From the IMG/VR virus record IMGVR_UViG_3300017613_000255: DNA of 37,050 nucleotides; one strand, given 5' to 3'. This DNA is from a virus. The notes beneath the pieces were generated by a model. That model was not told the DNA's origin, made no database searches, and was given only the letters and a program-made list of their open reading frames with translations. Shown one piece after another: positions 1-8,051 of this stretch (the stretch's first letter is position 1; every line of letters starts with the position of its first letter). The position numbers and the translations under genes are program-made.

Positions 1-121
1 TGTTTAGCAGTAAGGCGAGATTTAGATCTTGCAACATTGTTTGCTAGTTTTACACCGAATCAAGGTGATGCAAATGAGGACATTGTAGTTGCTGATCTTT
101 ATGCGGCATACAAGGAGTTAA
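1..121. repeat. Terminal direct duplication, copy 1 (identical to 36930..37050)
   Basis: Bases 1-121 (TGTTTAGCAGTAAGGCGAG...CAAGGAGTTAA) recur exactly as the last 121 bases. The repeat lies inside the capsid ORF, so it is most simply a circular-assembly overlap. Confidence 0.9.
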
Positions 122-522
122 GGGCAGGTATTGCACCTTTACCTTACAACTTGGTAGTTACACCAGGACAGTTCTGGGGAACAGTAGGTATCATCACATT
201 GATGGAAACTACATCAGGCAAGATTCAATCAGAAGCATTAGGTTCTGTCCAAGAGGACATTGCCCGAAATGGCTTCACAGGTAGGATACTTGGTTTCGAT
301 GTTTATATAGACAACAATGTGGCAGTATCATCTAACAATGCATCAGGTGCGGCTTTCTCAAGAGATGCAATTAAGTATGTTGAGAAGCAAGGCATCAAGA
401 TGGAAGTTGACAGAGTTATTGTTGGTGAGATTGGTGATCAAATCACAGGAACAGGTTTTTGGGGTGAAGCAATCCTCAGAAACAAACATGCCAATGAGAT
501 GCAATTTAATGAAATTACTTAA
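1..522 (+). CDS. Major capsid protein, C-terminal portion (continues from 36540..37050 across the circular junction)
   Basis: The frame of the listed ORF 37..522 is open back to base 1. It is in phase with the ATG at 36540 once the 121-nt duplication is collapsed. The joined product is about 303 aa and sits directly after the scaffold gene. Confidence 0.75.
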   Translation, partial: CLAVRRDLDLATLFASFTPNQGDANEDIVVADLYAAYKELRAGIAPLPYNLVVTPGQFWGTVGIITLMETTSGKIQSEALGSVQEDIARNGFTGRILGFDVYIDNNVAVSSNNASGAAFSRDAIKYVEKQGIKMEVDRVIVGEIGDQITGTGFWGEAILRNKHANEMQFNEIT

Positions 523-556
523 CCAATGTTAAGTTCTTTTATGTAAAATCACACTT

Positions 557-582
557 AGGGGGGTGTTTAACAGCATCCCCCT
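557..582 (+). other. Stem-loop just downstream of the capsid stop (9-bp stem AGGGGGGTG / CATCCCCCT, 8-nt loop, no U tract)
   Basis: Inverted repeat read directly, with one G-U pair. It is the only strong structure between the capsid gene and the next ORF. Confidence 0.5.
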
Positions 583-602
583 GGGGAATAGGAGAGGGAA
601 TC

Positions 603-1058
603 ATGGTAAATGAGAACAGATCAGATTTTGAACAAGAGTTAATGAAGATTGACTCACTCAAGAGCAAACATGGTGCAGGTGGTGTTACTATACCAATGAA
701 GGAGTTTCAGGATCATAAACTAGTTACTCTATGGACATCACTCAATAAGAAGATTGGCCCTATGACAGTAATGAATGCTGAGAATACTATGAGGCGGTGG
801 ATGAAGAAGGGAATTGAGTTATATCTTGATAAGAGGACAGATGCCCAAATTGATGCATATAAGCAAACTGACAAATACAAGAAACTACACAAGGTATGGA
901 AAGATCAGAGAATAGCAAGGCATAAGCAATCCAAAAAGAAAGATATTATTGAAATGGCACAAACCATAGCTGATGCAACAGGCAAAGTTGTTGCTGATGA
1001 GTTAGGTAAAACTAAGAAATCTAGGGGGAAGCGTGGTTCTGCTAAAGGAGTGGAATGA
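603..1058 (+). CDS. Hypothetical protein, Lys/Arg-rich C-terminus
   Basis: 151-aa ORF with ATG preceded by GGAGAGGGAA. No motif recognised. Confidence 0.6.
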   Translation: MVNENRSDFEQELMKIDSLKSKHGAGGVTIPMKEFQDHKLVTLWTSLNKKIGPMTVMNAENTMRRWMKKGIELYLDKRTDAQIDAYKQTDKYKKLHKVWKDQRIARHKQSKKKDIIEMAQTIADATGKVVADELGKTKKSRGKRGSAKGVE

Positions 1059-1422
1059 GAGTCAGAAGGGTGTTGCTGTATTTGGCAAGATCAAATGCCC
1101 AAGAAACTATGTGCTGAAAGAAGGGCATCAGCCATATAAACTCAAGCTGAATCCCCTTACAAAGCACCTTAACCAGAAACAAATTGACTACTACAATGCC
1201 AGATTCAATCTAAGGATGAGAAGGTGGCTTAGTGTCAAGGACAGGCATGGGAATAAGGTGCAGGACTTCAACAGTTACTATCAGCCATCAGTTTCAAAAG
1301 CATATGTGATTGAACATATCTATGATCCCAAGAATCCTATATGCAAGTATCAATGCAGAGGTAGATGCTTGAGGGAGTTAGGGTTTAGTGCCAATACAAA
1401 TACAATTAAGAGGTTAAAATGA
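1033..1422 (+). CDS. Hypothetical protein with C-terminal Cys cluster (CKYQCRGRC)
   Basis: GTG start 4 nt after TAGGGGGAAGC (GGGGGA SD). Its stop overlaps the next ATG as ATGA. Confidence 0.55.
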   Translation: MVLLKEWNESQKGVAVFGKIKCPRNYVLKEGHQPYKLKLNPLTKHLNQKQIDYYNARFNLRMRRWLSVKDRHGNKVQDFNSYYQPSVSKAYVIEHIYDPKNPICKYQCRGRCLRELGFSANTNTIKRLK

Positions 1423-3812
1423 GATTTAATGCTAGAGATTTCCTGGTTCAAACTATATTACCGATACTCATATCAATAGTAATGTTCATATTCCTAATGT
1501 GGTTGGCGGCAGTTGCTAATGCCCAAACATATCTGTGGATATATAGGCAGAGTGCCGATTGTGATGCTTTGACAGATGGGAAAGCAAGGCATCTCTGTTA
1601 TGACACTACATTAGATCAGTTCTATAAGTGTGTGCCTAGTGCCGGTGAGTGTGATACAGCAGGTGAGTGGGAAGCGGTTTCAGGTAATGCGATATTAGCT
1701 GATTCGGGTACTTTAACATTAGGGGGAACAAGTGGGAGTAATAACGAGAATCTAACATTGGATTTTGAATCAATATCAGATAAGGTAACAATTAATTCTG
1801 GAACAGATGTAGACACACTTGGCATTATTATAAACCCCACCGATGACTTTGAACAAAACTCTTTAAATTTATGGCATACTGAAACACACCAAAGTTCTAC
1901 AATCGCAATATCTGGAACAACACCTTATGCCGGAAGTTACGGTGTTAAAGCTGATGTAGTTCCTGATAGTGCAGGATTGACAGAGGTATTAGCCCATAGA
2001 CAATTTACAGATGAGATTGATTCTGTTACTATGGAAGCTATGGTTTATCTCGATGATGTAACATCAATAACAGTAATGCGATTAATAAACGCACAAAACA
2101 CAATAGGTGCTGGTGTTTTATCAAGCATACGGCTGAGAGATGACGGGGGGCAATTAAAAATCGGTGGTGCTTATACAAATGGTTCAGATACCTTAATAAC
2201 AAATCAAGACGAAACAAATGTAACTACTGGTACTTGGTATCATATAAAAATGAGTTATTATCGTCATCCCACAGATGGGTACTTTAAATGGTGGATTGCA
2301 GAAGGGGCAGACGCATTAACCTTAAAAACAAATTTTAGTGGTAATACTTATGGAACTTATGGAGTAAACAGAATATATTTTGGTGCTCAGAACAACCACC
2401 CAGACGATGTTACTATTTACTACGATAATGTAATTGCACCTCTTGAAATTGGAGAATTTAATAGACATGGGCTTACACTTGGAAGTGGAACTGGGGGTAG
2501 TCCGACACCACTTCCGTCTATAGTTTTTAATATTGATAATGGCACAGATGGGAACATATACTATAACGCAGGACAGGATGCTTTTATTTTTGACCGGAGT
2601 ACAAGAATAGGTTACGGGGGGAATACTGATTTTTATTTAATGTTTGATGCCACTACTAGCAACGGATTGCTTACTTGGATGGAAGATGAAATCGCATTAA
2701 GAAATGATGGCGATTTTATTTTGCAAGAAGAAGGAGATACTAGAGTTCCTGATGTGAGTGATACTGATCCACATCTAAGAGTGTATTCTGCCGATGAAGG
2801 TGTATCCACAGACTACATTGAGATGTATCATGACCAGACTGATGCACAGATTGTATCAGGAGCAGGAGATTTACAGTTTGATGCTCCAGAAGGGATAATA
2901 TATGATTCTGGATGGGGTTCTGTTGCTTTTCTACGGAATGGAACAGCAGGAGTTAATTTCTCCTATGATAACACTACTTTCTATCAGTTTATATGGCAGT
3001 TAAAAGATGAAACAGGAAATCAGTATGTTATAAGTCATTGGGGTGCAGGTAAAGACCACGACCATGCTACTCAGACTAATCCTACTCTCTATATACACTC
3101 TGACCTTGACCCAGATACATCCAATATTCAATATATGGGTCTTACCCACAATGGAGATGCAGATGATGTAGGAACTGGTGTTCTAGAGTCAGGCACTAAT
3201 TATATAAGTTTGATGAATGTAGGCGATGAAGCAGATGATGATAGGATACCCAACACTTCTGCAACTGATCCTACGTTAAGGATATACTCTGCTGATGATA
3301 CTAACGCTGATGACTACATCGAGATGTATCATGACCAACAAAATGCAGTTATTCAAACAGGTGTAGGTAGTGAATTGAAACTTAGTGTTAGTAATGCCGC
3401 TATATATCTTATGGATGAAGGAACAACAATGGTCAGGTGGAAAAGCGACAAGGATTTTATCCAGACAACATTTACACCACACGATAATGCCGGAAATCAT
3501 TTTATCATAGGTGATATAGCAGGTATAGACCAAGATTACGATCATCCATTGGCAACAGATCCCACCCTTTATGTTCAATCTGCTACTCCACCCAATACTG
3601 CTAATGATGAATGGATTTCTTTAACTCACAATGTTACTGATGGAGTGATTGATGTCGGGAGTGGAACAGTTAAGATTCTTGATGCCATAACACTTGTCGG
3701 AGCAAACAATAACTGTATTCTCACAGTAGATGATGACGGAACCTGTGATGCCGGAACTGAAATAGGTGAGGATAACTCAATAGCGATCTGTGCGGTATGT
3801 GCCGCTAACTAA
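1419..3812 (+). CDS. Large exported or membrane-anchored LamG/ConA-like lectin-fold protein with 2 x (A+B) C-terminal repeats; fibre or adhesin-like
   Basis: 797 aa. The N-terminus carries a 22-residue hydrophobic segment ending AVANA-Q. The stretch GTWYHIKMSYY...NRIYFGAQNN...IYYDNVI reads as a LamG-type jelly-roll. The motif DP(T/H)L-x-(I/V)-x-S...(Y/W)I-x-(M/L)-x-H(D/N) occurs four times. Confidence 0.7.
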   Translation: MRFNARDFLVQTILPILISIVMFIFLMWLAAVANAQTYLWIYRQSADCDALTDGKARHLCYDTTLDQFYKCVPSAGECDTAGEWEAVSGNAILADSGTLTLGGTSGSNNENLTLDFESISDKVTINSGTDVDTLGIIINPTDDFEQNSLNLWHTETHQSSTIAISGTTPYAGSYGVKADVVPDSAGLTEVLAHRQFTDEIDSVTMEAMVYLDDVTSITVMRLINAQNTIGAGVLSSIRLRDDGGQLKIGGAYTNGSDTLITNQDETNVTTGTWYHIKMSYYRHPTDGYFKWWIAEGADALTLKTNFSGNTYGTYGVNRIYFGAQNNHPDDVTIYYDNVIAPLEIGEFNRHGLTLGSGTGGSPTPLPSIVFNIDNGTDGNIYYNAGQDAFIFDRSTRIGYGGNTDFYLMFDATTSNGLLTWMEDEIALRNDGDFILQEEGDTRVPDVSDTDPHLRVYSADEGVSTDYIEMYHDQTDAQIVSGAGDLQFDAPEGIIYDSGWGSVAFLRNGTAGVNFSYDNTTFYQFIWQLKDETGNQYVISHWGAGKDHDHATQTNPTLYIHSDLDPDTSNIQYMGLTHNGDADDVGTGVLESGTNYISLMNVGDEADDDRIPNTSATDPTLRIYSADDTNADDYIEMYHDQQNAVIQTGVGSELKLSVSNAAIYLMDEGTTMVRWKSDKDFIQTTFTPHDNAGNHFIIGDIAGIDQDYDHPLATDPTLYVQSATPPNTANDEWISLTHNVTDGVIDVGSGTVKILDAITLVGANNNCILTVDDDGTCDAGTEIGEDNSIAICAVCAAN
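2739..3728 (+). repeat. In-frame degenerate tandem coding repeat (two units of about 165 aa: 2739..3239 and 3240..3728)
   Basis: Near-identical DNA cores TACATTGAGATGTATCATGACCAG (2817..2840) and TACATCGAGATGTATCATGACCAA (3315..3338). Peptides DPHLRVYSADEGVSTDYIEMYHDQ and DPTLRIYSADDTNADDYIEMYHDQ. B-type copies NPTLYIHSD...YMGLTHNGD and DPTLYVQSA...WISLTHNVT. Confidence 0.8.
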
Positions 3813-3823
3813 AAGGGGGAGAG

Positions 3824-4177
3824 ATGAAGAAACTATTACTAACATTAGCATTGTGCATTTTTTACACAGTTGCCTATGCGGCTGATGGCGACATCACAAA
3901 GGCAGAAGTTAAACCTGATGTGGCTGTGTGGAAACTTGATACAGTAAGGTTCTTGGTGTTCACCAAAACCTGTGAGGTTACTTACCGCAAGGTTGATTCT
4001 AATGGTGATCCTGTTGGGGGTAGTGTTACGGTGATTTTTATGAATGTTGCAGATGACCCTGACACACCTGAAGATGAAACATCTACAGAGTTTACACAGC
4101 TAGTAACTGCTATCAACAATGGCAGTAATATTAAAACCACTATTACAAATGCAGTAAAGATCAAACTTGGTATTTAA
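3824..4177 (+). CDS. Small secreted protein (Sec-type signal peptide)
   Basis: N-terminus MKKLLLTLALCIFYTVAYA-ADGD. SD AAAGGGGGAGAG lies before the ATG. Confidence 0.7.
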   Translation: MKKLLLTLALCIFYTVAYAADGDITKAEVKPDVAVWKLDTVRFLVFTKTCEVTYRKVDSNGDPVGGSVTVIFMNVADDPDTPEDETSTEFTQLVTAINNGSNIKTTITNAVKIKLGI

Positions 4178-4191
4178 TAGGGGGTGCAATA

Positions 4192-4743
4192 GTGAGTAAG
4201 AAACTATTACTTATGGCAATATGGATTATCTTAGTGATGTGTATAGGGTGTATTCCAGAACTGATGACTAAGGACTTGGATTTCAATACTGATTATGTGG
4301 CAGTAAAGGAAAGCACGATCACTAAGGTTAATTTCACTAAATCCCTGCAATACTTCCCCAACCCTGCAAGTTGGGTAGAGGGTGGCAAGGTATGGTTTAC
4401 CTCAGATGGGCAGTATGGCATTGAGGAATGGAGAGCATTCATTCAGGATCATAGTGGCAGTTTACCCCAACCTGTGCAGTATTATTCTAACGGTGTCAAG
4501 GTGAGTGCTGATAGATTCGCTAGTGCTGTGTCAAGCGGTGATGGTAGTGGTGCTTATTTTGCTGTGCAGTTGATGGATGTTCCTGAGTTTGAGAAAGCAT
4601 TAGATGATTGGCAGTCATGGCAGGGAAGTGCTAATTTTGAAGAAGTGCCTTGCCTTAACACAGATGGTGGTGATTATACATTCCCATGTGTGAGTGTAGC
4701 ATTGGGCAGAGATCATACTATTTGGCAATATCAACGGAAATAA
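4192..4743 (+). CDS. Exported protein, possible lipoprotein
   Basis: GTG start after GGGGGTGCAATA. N-terminus MSKKLLLMAIWIILVMCIGC has a hydrophobic core ending in Cys. The lipobox is not canonical. Confidence 0.65.
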   Translation: MSKKLLLMAIWIILVMCIGCIPELMTKDLDFNTDYVAVKESTITKVNFTKSLQYFPNPASWVEGGKVWFTSDGQYGIEEWRAFIQDHSGSLPQPVQYYSNGVKVSADRFASAVSSGDGSGAYFAVQLMDVPEFEKALDDWQSWQGSANFEEVPCLNTDGGDYTFPCVSVALGRDHTIWQYQRK

Positions 4744-4744
4744 T

Positions 4745-5494
4745 ATGGCTAGTCAATATATTGTTACGGATAGAACCACAGCACAGAATTATGCACTCAA
4801 GGTTGATGATGAACAGCTTTATTTTGAAGCAACTGCTGATACTGCAAGTGATGAGCCAATATTTGAAGATGATATAAATGCAGGAACTTACTATCAGTTA
4901 TTTATTGATGATGCTGAGTTAGCCATCATCTCTGTTTCAACACCCAGGGATGATATAGTATATGTTCTTGATCCAACACTAAACAAAGCGTATAGAGTAG
5001 TTGTCTTAGATGGGCAACTAGCAATTGTAGAATATACAGTTCCAGGTAAGGGGTATAAGGTTACCAGGTTTGTGATAACACCTCTTACTGTCAGGGTTAC
5101 ACCTACAAACAGGATTGCCAAGTTTCAGCAATCTGTCAGGGTAACAAAATCTAATATTAAAAGGGCAGTAGTTAATGCAAAGATACAGGTGCTAAAATTG
5201 TTTGGACTAGGTGGAGCAGGAACAGCAGGAACAGTTGCACTAGCAAGTGCAGATACTTGGTATCAAGTGCCACAATCAGGTAGTGTGCCGAAAAGTGATT
5301 ACACTCTAGTTGTAACTAAAGAAAATGAAGATGGAACAATAAGGTGGGCATTCAAGAACACATCTGTGCCAAGTGCTACTTATGGCAACAAATCACCTAC
5401 ACATTTATCAGTTGATTTAAAGGCAGATCAGTTTATTTATTGTGGTAGTGATAATGCAGGTGATGATGTGTGTTGGACAGCCAAAATAAAATGA
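4745..5494 (+). CDS. Hypothetical protein, beta-rich
   Basis: 249-aa ORF whose ATG lies 1 nt after the previous stop. No motif recognised. Confidence 0.65.
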   Translation: MASQYIVTDRTTAQNYALKVDDEQLYFEATADTASDEPIFEDDINAGTYYQLFIDDAELAIISVSTPRDDIVYVLDPTLNKAYRVVVLDGQLAIVEYTVPGKGYKVTRFVITPLTVRVTPTNRIAKFQQSVRVTKSNIKRAVVNAKIQVLKLFGLGGAGTAGTVALASADTWYQVPQSGSVPKSDYTLVVTKENEDGTIRWAFKNTSVPSATYGNKSPTHLSVDLKADQFIYCGSDNAGDDVCWTAKIK

Positions 5495-6042
5495 AACTAT
5501 CTGAGATTGTCAAAGAGTATAAAGATGGCAAGATCACTTGGTATGAGTATCTTGCAAAGAAATATCTTGTGGATGGGGATACAACTATATTTAAGAGTGT
5601 ATTGAGTAAATTAGCTGTTGATGTTCAAGACATAGCAATGCAGAGGATACATAGGAAGATAACAACTAAAGAGTTCCTGACAGAAGAAGCTCTTTTGGGT
5701 AAACAGGTTGAGAAGTTTCTATTTGATAACAAGATAGCTAATGATATGCCCAAAGATGTTGAGAGAACATCATACTTCTATCAACAAGCTAAGATGTTTG
5801 ATACATATAACCACACAACCGATGCTGATTGTTATGCTATGGATTATGAGGGTTCATTGATTACATTAAGTTGGTTGGATTATTATTTTAAGCAGTATAT
5901 ACCTGCCTTTGTAGGCAAACCAAGATTTGATATATATAGTGATGAGTTGAAAGGGCAGAAAGATGCATCAGCATCAAATGATAAGCCAACTATAAGTATT
6001 TCAGCGGCGGATATGCTGAAGTATACTAAGGATTTGCCATGA
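5491..6042 (+). CDS. Hypothetical protein
   Basis: The ATG at 5491 overlaps the previous stop (ATGA). The listed ORF 5470 is the same frame with a weaker upstream start. Confidence 0.6.
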   Translation: MKLSEIVKEYKDGKITWYEYLAKKYLVDGDTTIFKSVLSKLAVDVQDIAMQRIHRKITTKEFLTEEALLGKQVEKFLFDNKIANDMPKDVERTSYFYQQAKMFDTYNHTTDADCYAMDYEGSLITLSWLDYYFKQYIPAFVGKPRFDIYSDELKGQKDASASNDKPTISISAADMLKYTKDLP

Positions 6043-6251
6043 CAGTTGAGGAACACTTTGGATTGAGTGAGGAAGAAGCGTTTGGGTGTATATATGCAAC
6101 ACTAAAAACTATTGACCATTTCCTGGATAAGGGAATACACGATCCGAGAAGAATAGAGATGTTAAGGTCATATAAGGGTTTATTCAAAACATTGGATGCT
6201 ATTGAAGATGGACAGAGCCACCTTAGAGCAACATTGCATAAAAGTGATTAA
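6039..6251 (+). CDS. Hypothetical small helical protein
   Basis: 70-aa ORF with an ATGA overlap onto the previous stop. Confidence 0.5.
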   Translation: MTVEEHFGLSEEEAFGCIYATLKTIDHFLDKGIHDPRRIEMLRSYKGLFKTLDAIEDGQSHLRATLHKSD

Positions 6252-6546
6252 AGAAGAACTTATATGTATTAGGAAAAAATACGAAGGGCAGAATTTCTCT
6301 ACAAGTGTTATTACTGATGATGAGGTAACATTAGACACAAAGATTAACAGCACACCTTTTGTTGATTCATTAGATGCTCTTGCGATATGGATGGCCATAG
6401 AACTTCATTTTACGGATTATGGGTATACAGGTGGTGGGAAAGAAGATAGGTTATATTCAAAGATAGCCGGTGTAGGCACAGTAAGAGATGCAGTAGATTT
6501 AATAGAGAGATATTTACCAAATGGCGGCAGTAATAATCCACAATGA
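6196..6546 (+). CDS. Acyl/peptidyl carrier protein-like protein (start uncertain: 6196, 6208 or 6241)
   Basis: [18 protein letters not shown] matches the carrier-protein core [18 protein letters not shown]. The candidate phosphopantetheine Ser codon is at 6367..6369. Flanking helices ([27 protein letters not shown]) are in the ACP order. Confidence 0.5.
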   Translation: [116 protein letters not shown]

Positions 6547-7561
6547 CCTGGCTTCAAAAGAAATAACCGTTCCCTTAACCACAGGTGCGCAAACCATAGA
6601 TTTAAGTTCTTTGTTAGAGCATGACGATCCCAAGATAGTTGTTATTGTGGGAACGAATACAGTAACAGGTGTTATGGGTGTTTACCCTGTTGGCTCTTTA
6701 ATGGCATTTAAGACAAGAAATCATATTGCTAACAGCACAATGATTTCACCTAGTTCTTTGAATGGAAGCAACCAGGTTGTAATACATAAGACAGCGGCAA
6801 CACAGAAGTTCTATTTACATGCAGAGTTTGGTGGTGATAGCGTAACAGCACACTCTGATGGTGTGGCCTGTTCTTATACAGCGAACACATGGACAAAGAA
6901 CCTCTTGTCAGGTGGTGGTGATGGTGAGTTCGCTATTACAAGAACTCATTTCAATAATGGCGGCAATTGGGGTTGCAGATCGCTTAACAGCGTGAATCCT
7001 AATACAGCACAGCCGAACCAATCACATGATTGGGGTGTTGTTAAAGTTCAGAATGACGGAACGAATAATGTTTACTGGACATACCAAAACAGGTCAGGCA
7101 AGACACCTACTAGGCAGGTTTACATCTATGAGATGGGTTATATGTCATCTGATTGTGGATGGAATCACATGGAAGATGATGTCGATGAGGTGGTAACAAC
7201 TGTAGGGAGTTGGGATCAGGAAGGCATTACTGGAACATCCCTGGAAGGGAATGATAGTGCTGATGCAGATATAGCATTAATGCATATTGACAATGCCAAT
7301 TCTTCAAACAGGGATGCTTGGGTTAGAGAGATTAGTGGGAGTGAGGCAACTAAGAAGTTCCCTAACAATGCAGGTAGGAGAGTATTAGCAAGTATAACAG
7401 CAAGTGAGTATGAGTATTATATATCACATATAGATGTCAATAATTATGTGCAAGGGTTCTTTATAGCACCGGCTGTAACAGGGGTGGATGTATCTAATAT
7501 AAGTGGGTATTGCAGGTTGGAAGAACCAACAACATCAGATAGACTAAGAACTAAGGAGTAG
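6521..7561 (+). CDS. Hypothetical beta-rich protein, Gly/Asn/Thr-rich; possible structural or binding protein
   Basis: 346-aa ORF. No enzymatic motif recognised. Confidence 0.6.
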   Translation: MAAVIIHNDLASKEITVPLTTGAQTIDLSSLLEHDDPKIVVIVGTNTVTGVMGVYPVGSLMAFKTRNHIANSTMISPSSLNGSNQVVIHKTAATQKFYLHAEFGGDSVTAHSDGVACSYTANTWTKNLLSGGGDGEFAITRTHFNNGGNWGCRSLNSVNPNTAQPNQSHDWGVVKVQNDGTNNVYWTYQNRSGKTPTRQVYIYEMGYMSSDCGWNHMEDDVDEVVTTVGSWDQEGITGTSLEGNDSADADIALMHIDNANSSNRDAWVREISGSEATKKFPNNAGRRVLASITASEYEYYISHIDVNNYVQGFFIAPAVTGVDVSNISGYCRLEEPTTSDRLRTKE

Positions 7562-7563
7562 TT

Positions 7564-7815
7564 ATGCCTTTAAGAACAATAATGGCTGAAGCAATTAAGT
7601 TAATACCATCTGGAATTATTATTACTGCCCTTATATTTGGTGGCAAAGAGATTATTACTAATGATAGAAGAAATACAGATGAACATACTGAAATCAGGGC
7701 AGATAATCATGTAACAAAGGAGATAGTAACCAGGATTGATGCTAGGCAGGAAATGATGATAGAGAATGTAAAAGAACAGAAAGATACATTAAGAAGAATT
7801 GAACAGAAGTTATGA
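7564..7815 (+). CDS. Small membrane-anchored coiled-coil protein
   Basis: N-terminal TM segment (IKLIPSGIIITALIFGG) followed by a charged helix. SD AAGGAG lies before the ATG. Confidence 0.6.
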   Translation: MPLRTIMAEAIKLIPSGIIITALIFGGKEIITNDRRNTDEHTEIRADNHVTKEIVTRIDARQEMMIENVKEQKDTLRRIEQKL

Positions 7816-8051
7816 AACAAGCTGACTTCTTACATATGATTTCTAAATCTGTATATGAATTAAGTCAGATTGCCAAAGATGCCAGAGAGAACAACCAAGA
7901 ATTTAAGAGAGTTATATTGGAAAGAGAAAAGATAATCAATAAGTCATTAGAGCATTTAGAGCATGTATACAAGATGTTGGATTTGTCAGCTACATATTTT
8001 CCTGAAAAGGATAATGGTGAACAGATTTGCAAAAACGATATCTTCAAGTAG
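7812..8051 (+). CDS. Small coiled-coil protein
   Basis: ATGA overlap with the previous stop. 79 aa, helical and charged. Confidence 0.55.
   Translation: MKQADFLHMISKSVYELSQIAKDARENNQEFKRVILEREKIINKSLEHLEHVYKMLDLSATYFPEKDNGEQICKNDIFK

Noticed and set aside
1-121. Terminal 121-nt repeat considered as a biological direct terminal repeat, LTR or insertion-sequence end
   Set aside because: The repeat is direct and exact, and it falls inside one continuous capsid reading frame. That is what a circular contig overlap looks like. A true terminal redundancy cannot be excluded without reads.
317-532. Alternative-frame + strand ORFs nested in larger genes (317..532, 4686..4877, 20139..20411, 30047..30253, 33138..33461)
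   Set aside because: Each overlaps a longer ORF with better start signals and recognisable motifs. None has an SD or a family signature.
2739-3728. Internal repeats considered as a CRISPR array or as DGR template/variable repeats
   Set aside because: The repeats are in-frame and degenerate, about 500 nt long, and encode a repeated protein domain. There are no short regular repeat-spacer units, no cas genes and no reverse transcriptase anywhere in the window.
5491-6042. Possible AcpS-type phosphopantetheinyl transferase next to the ACP-like gene. The similarities are AVDVQDIAMQRI versus GxDxxEIxRI, and KPTISISAAD versus the G-K-P...S-I-S-H motif.
   Set aside because: The similarities are short and the spacing is off. 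The catalytic Glu of the KEA motif is absent (YFYQQAKMF). It is too weak to call and is left as hypothetical.
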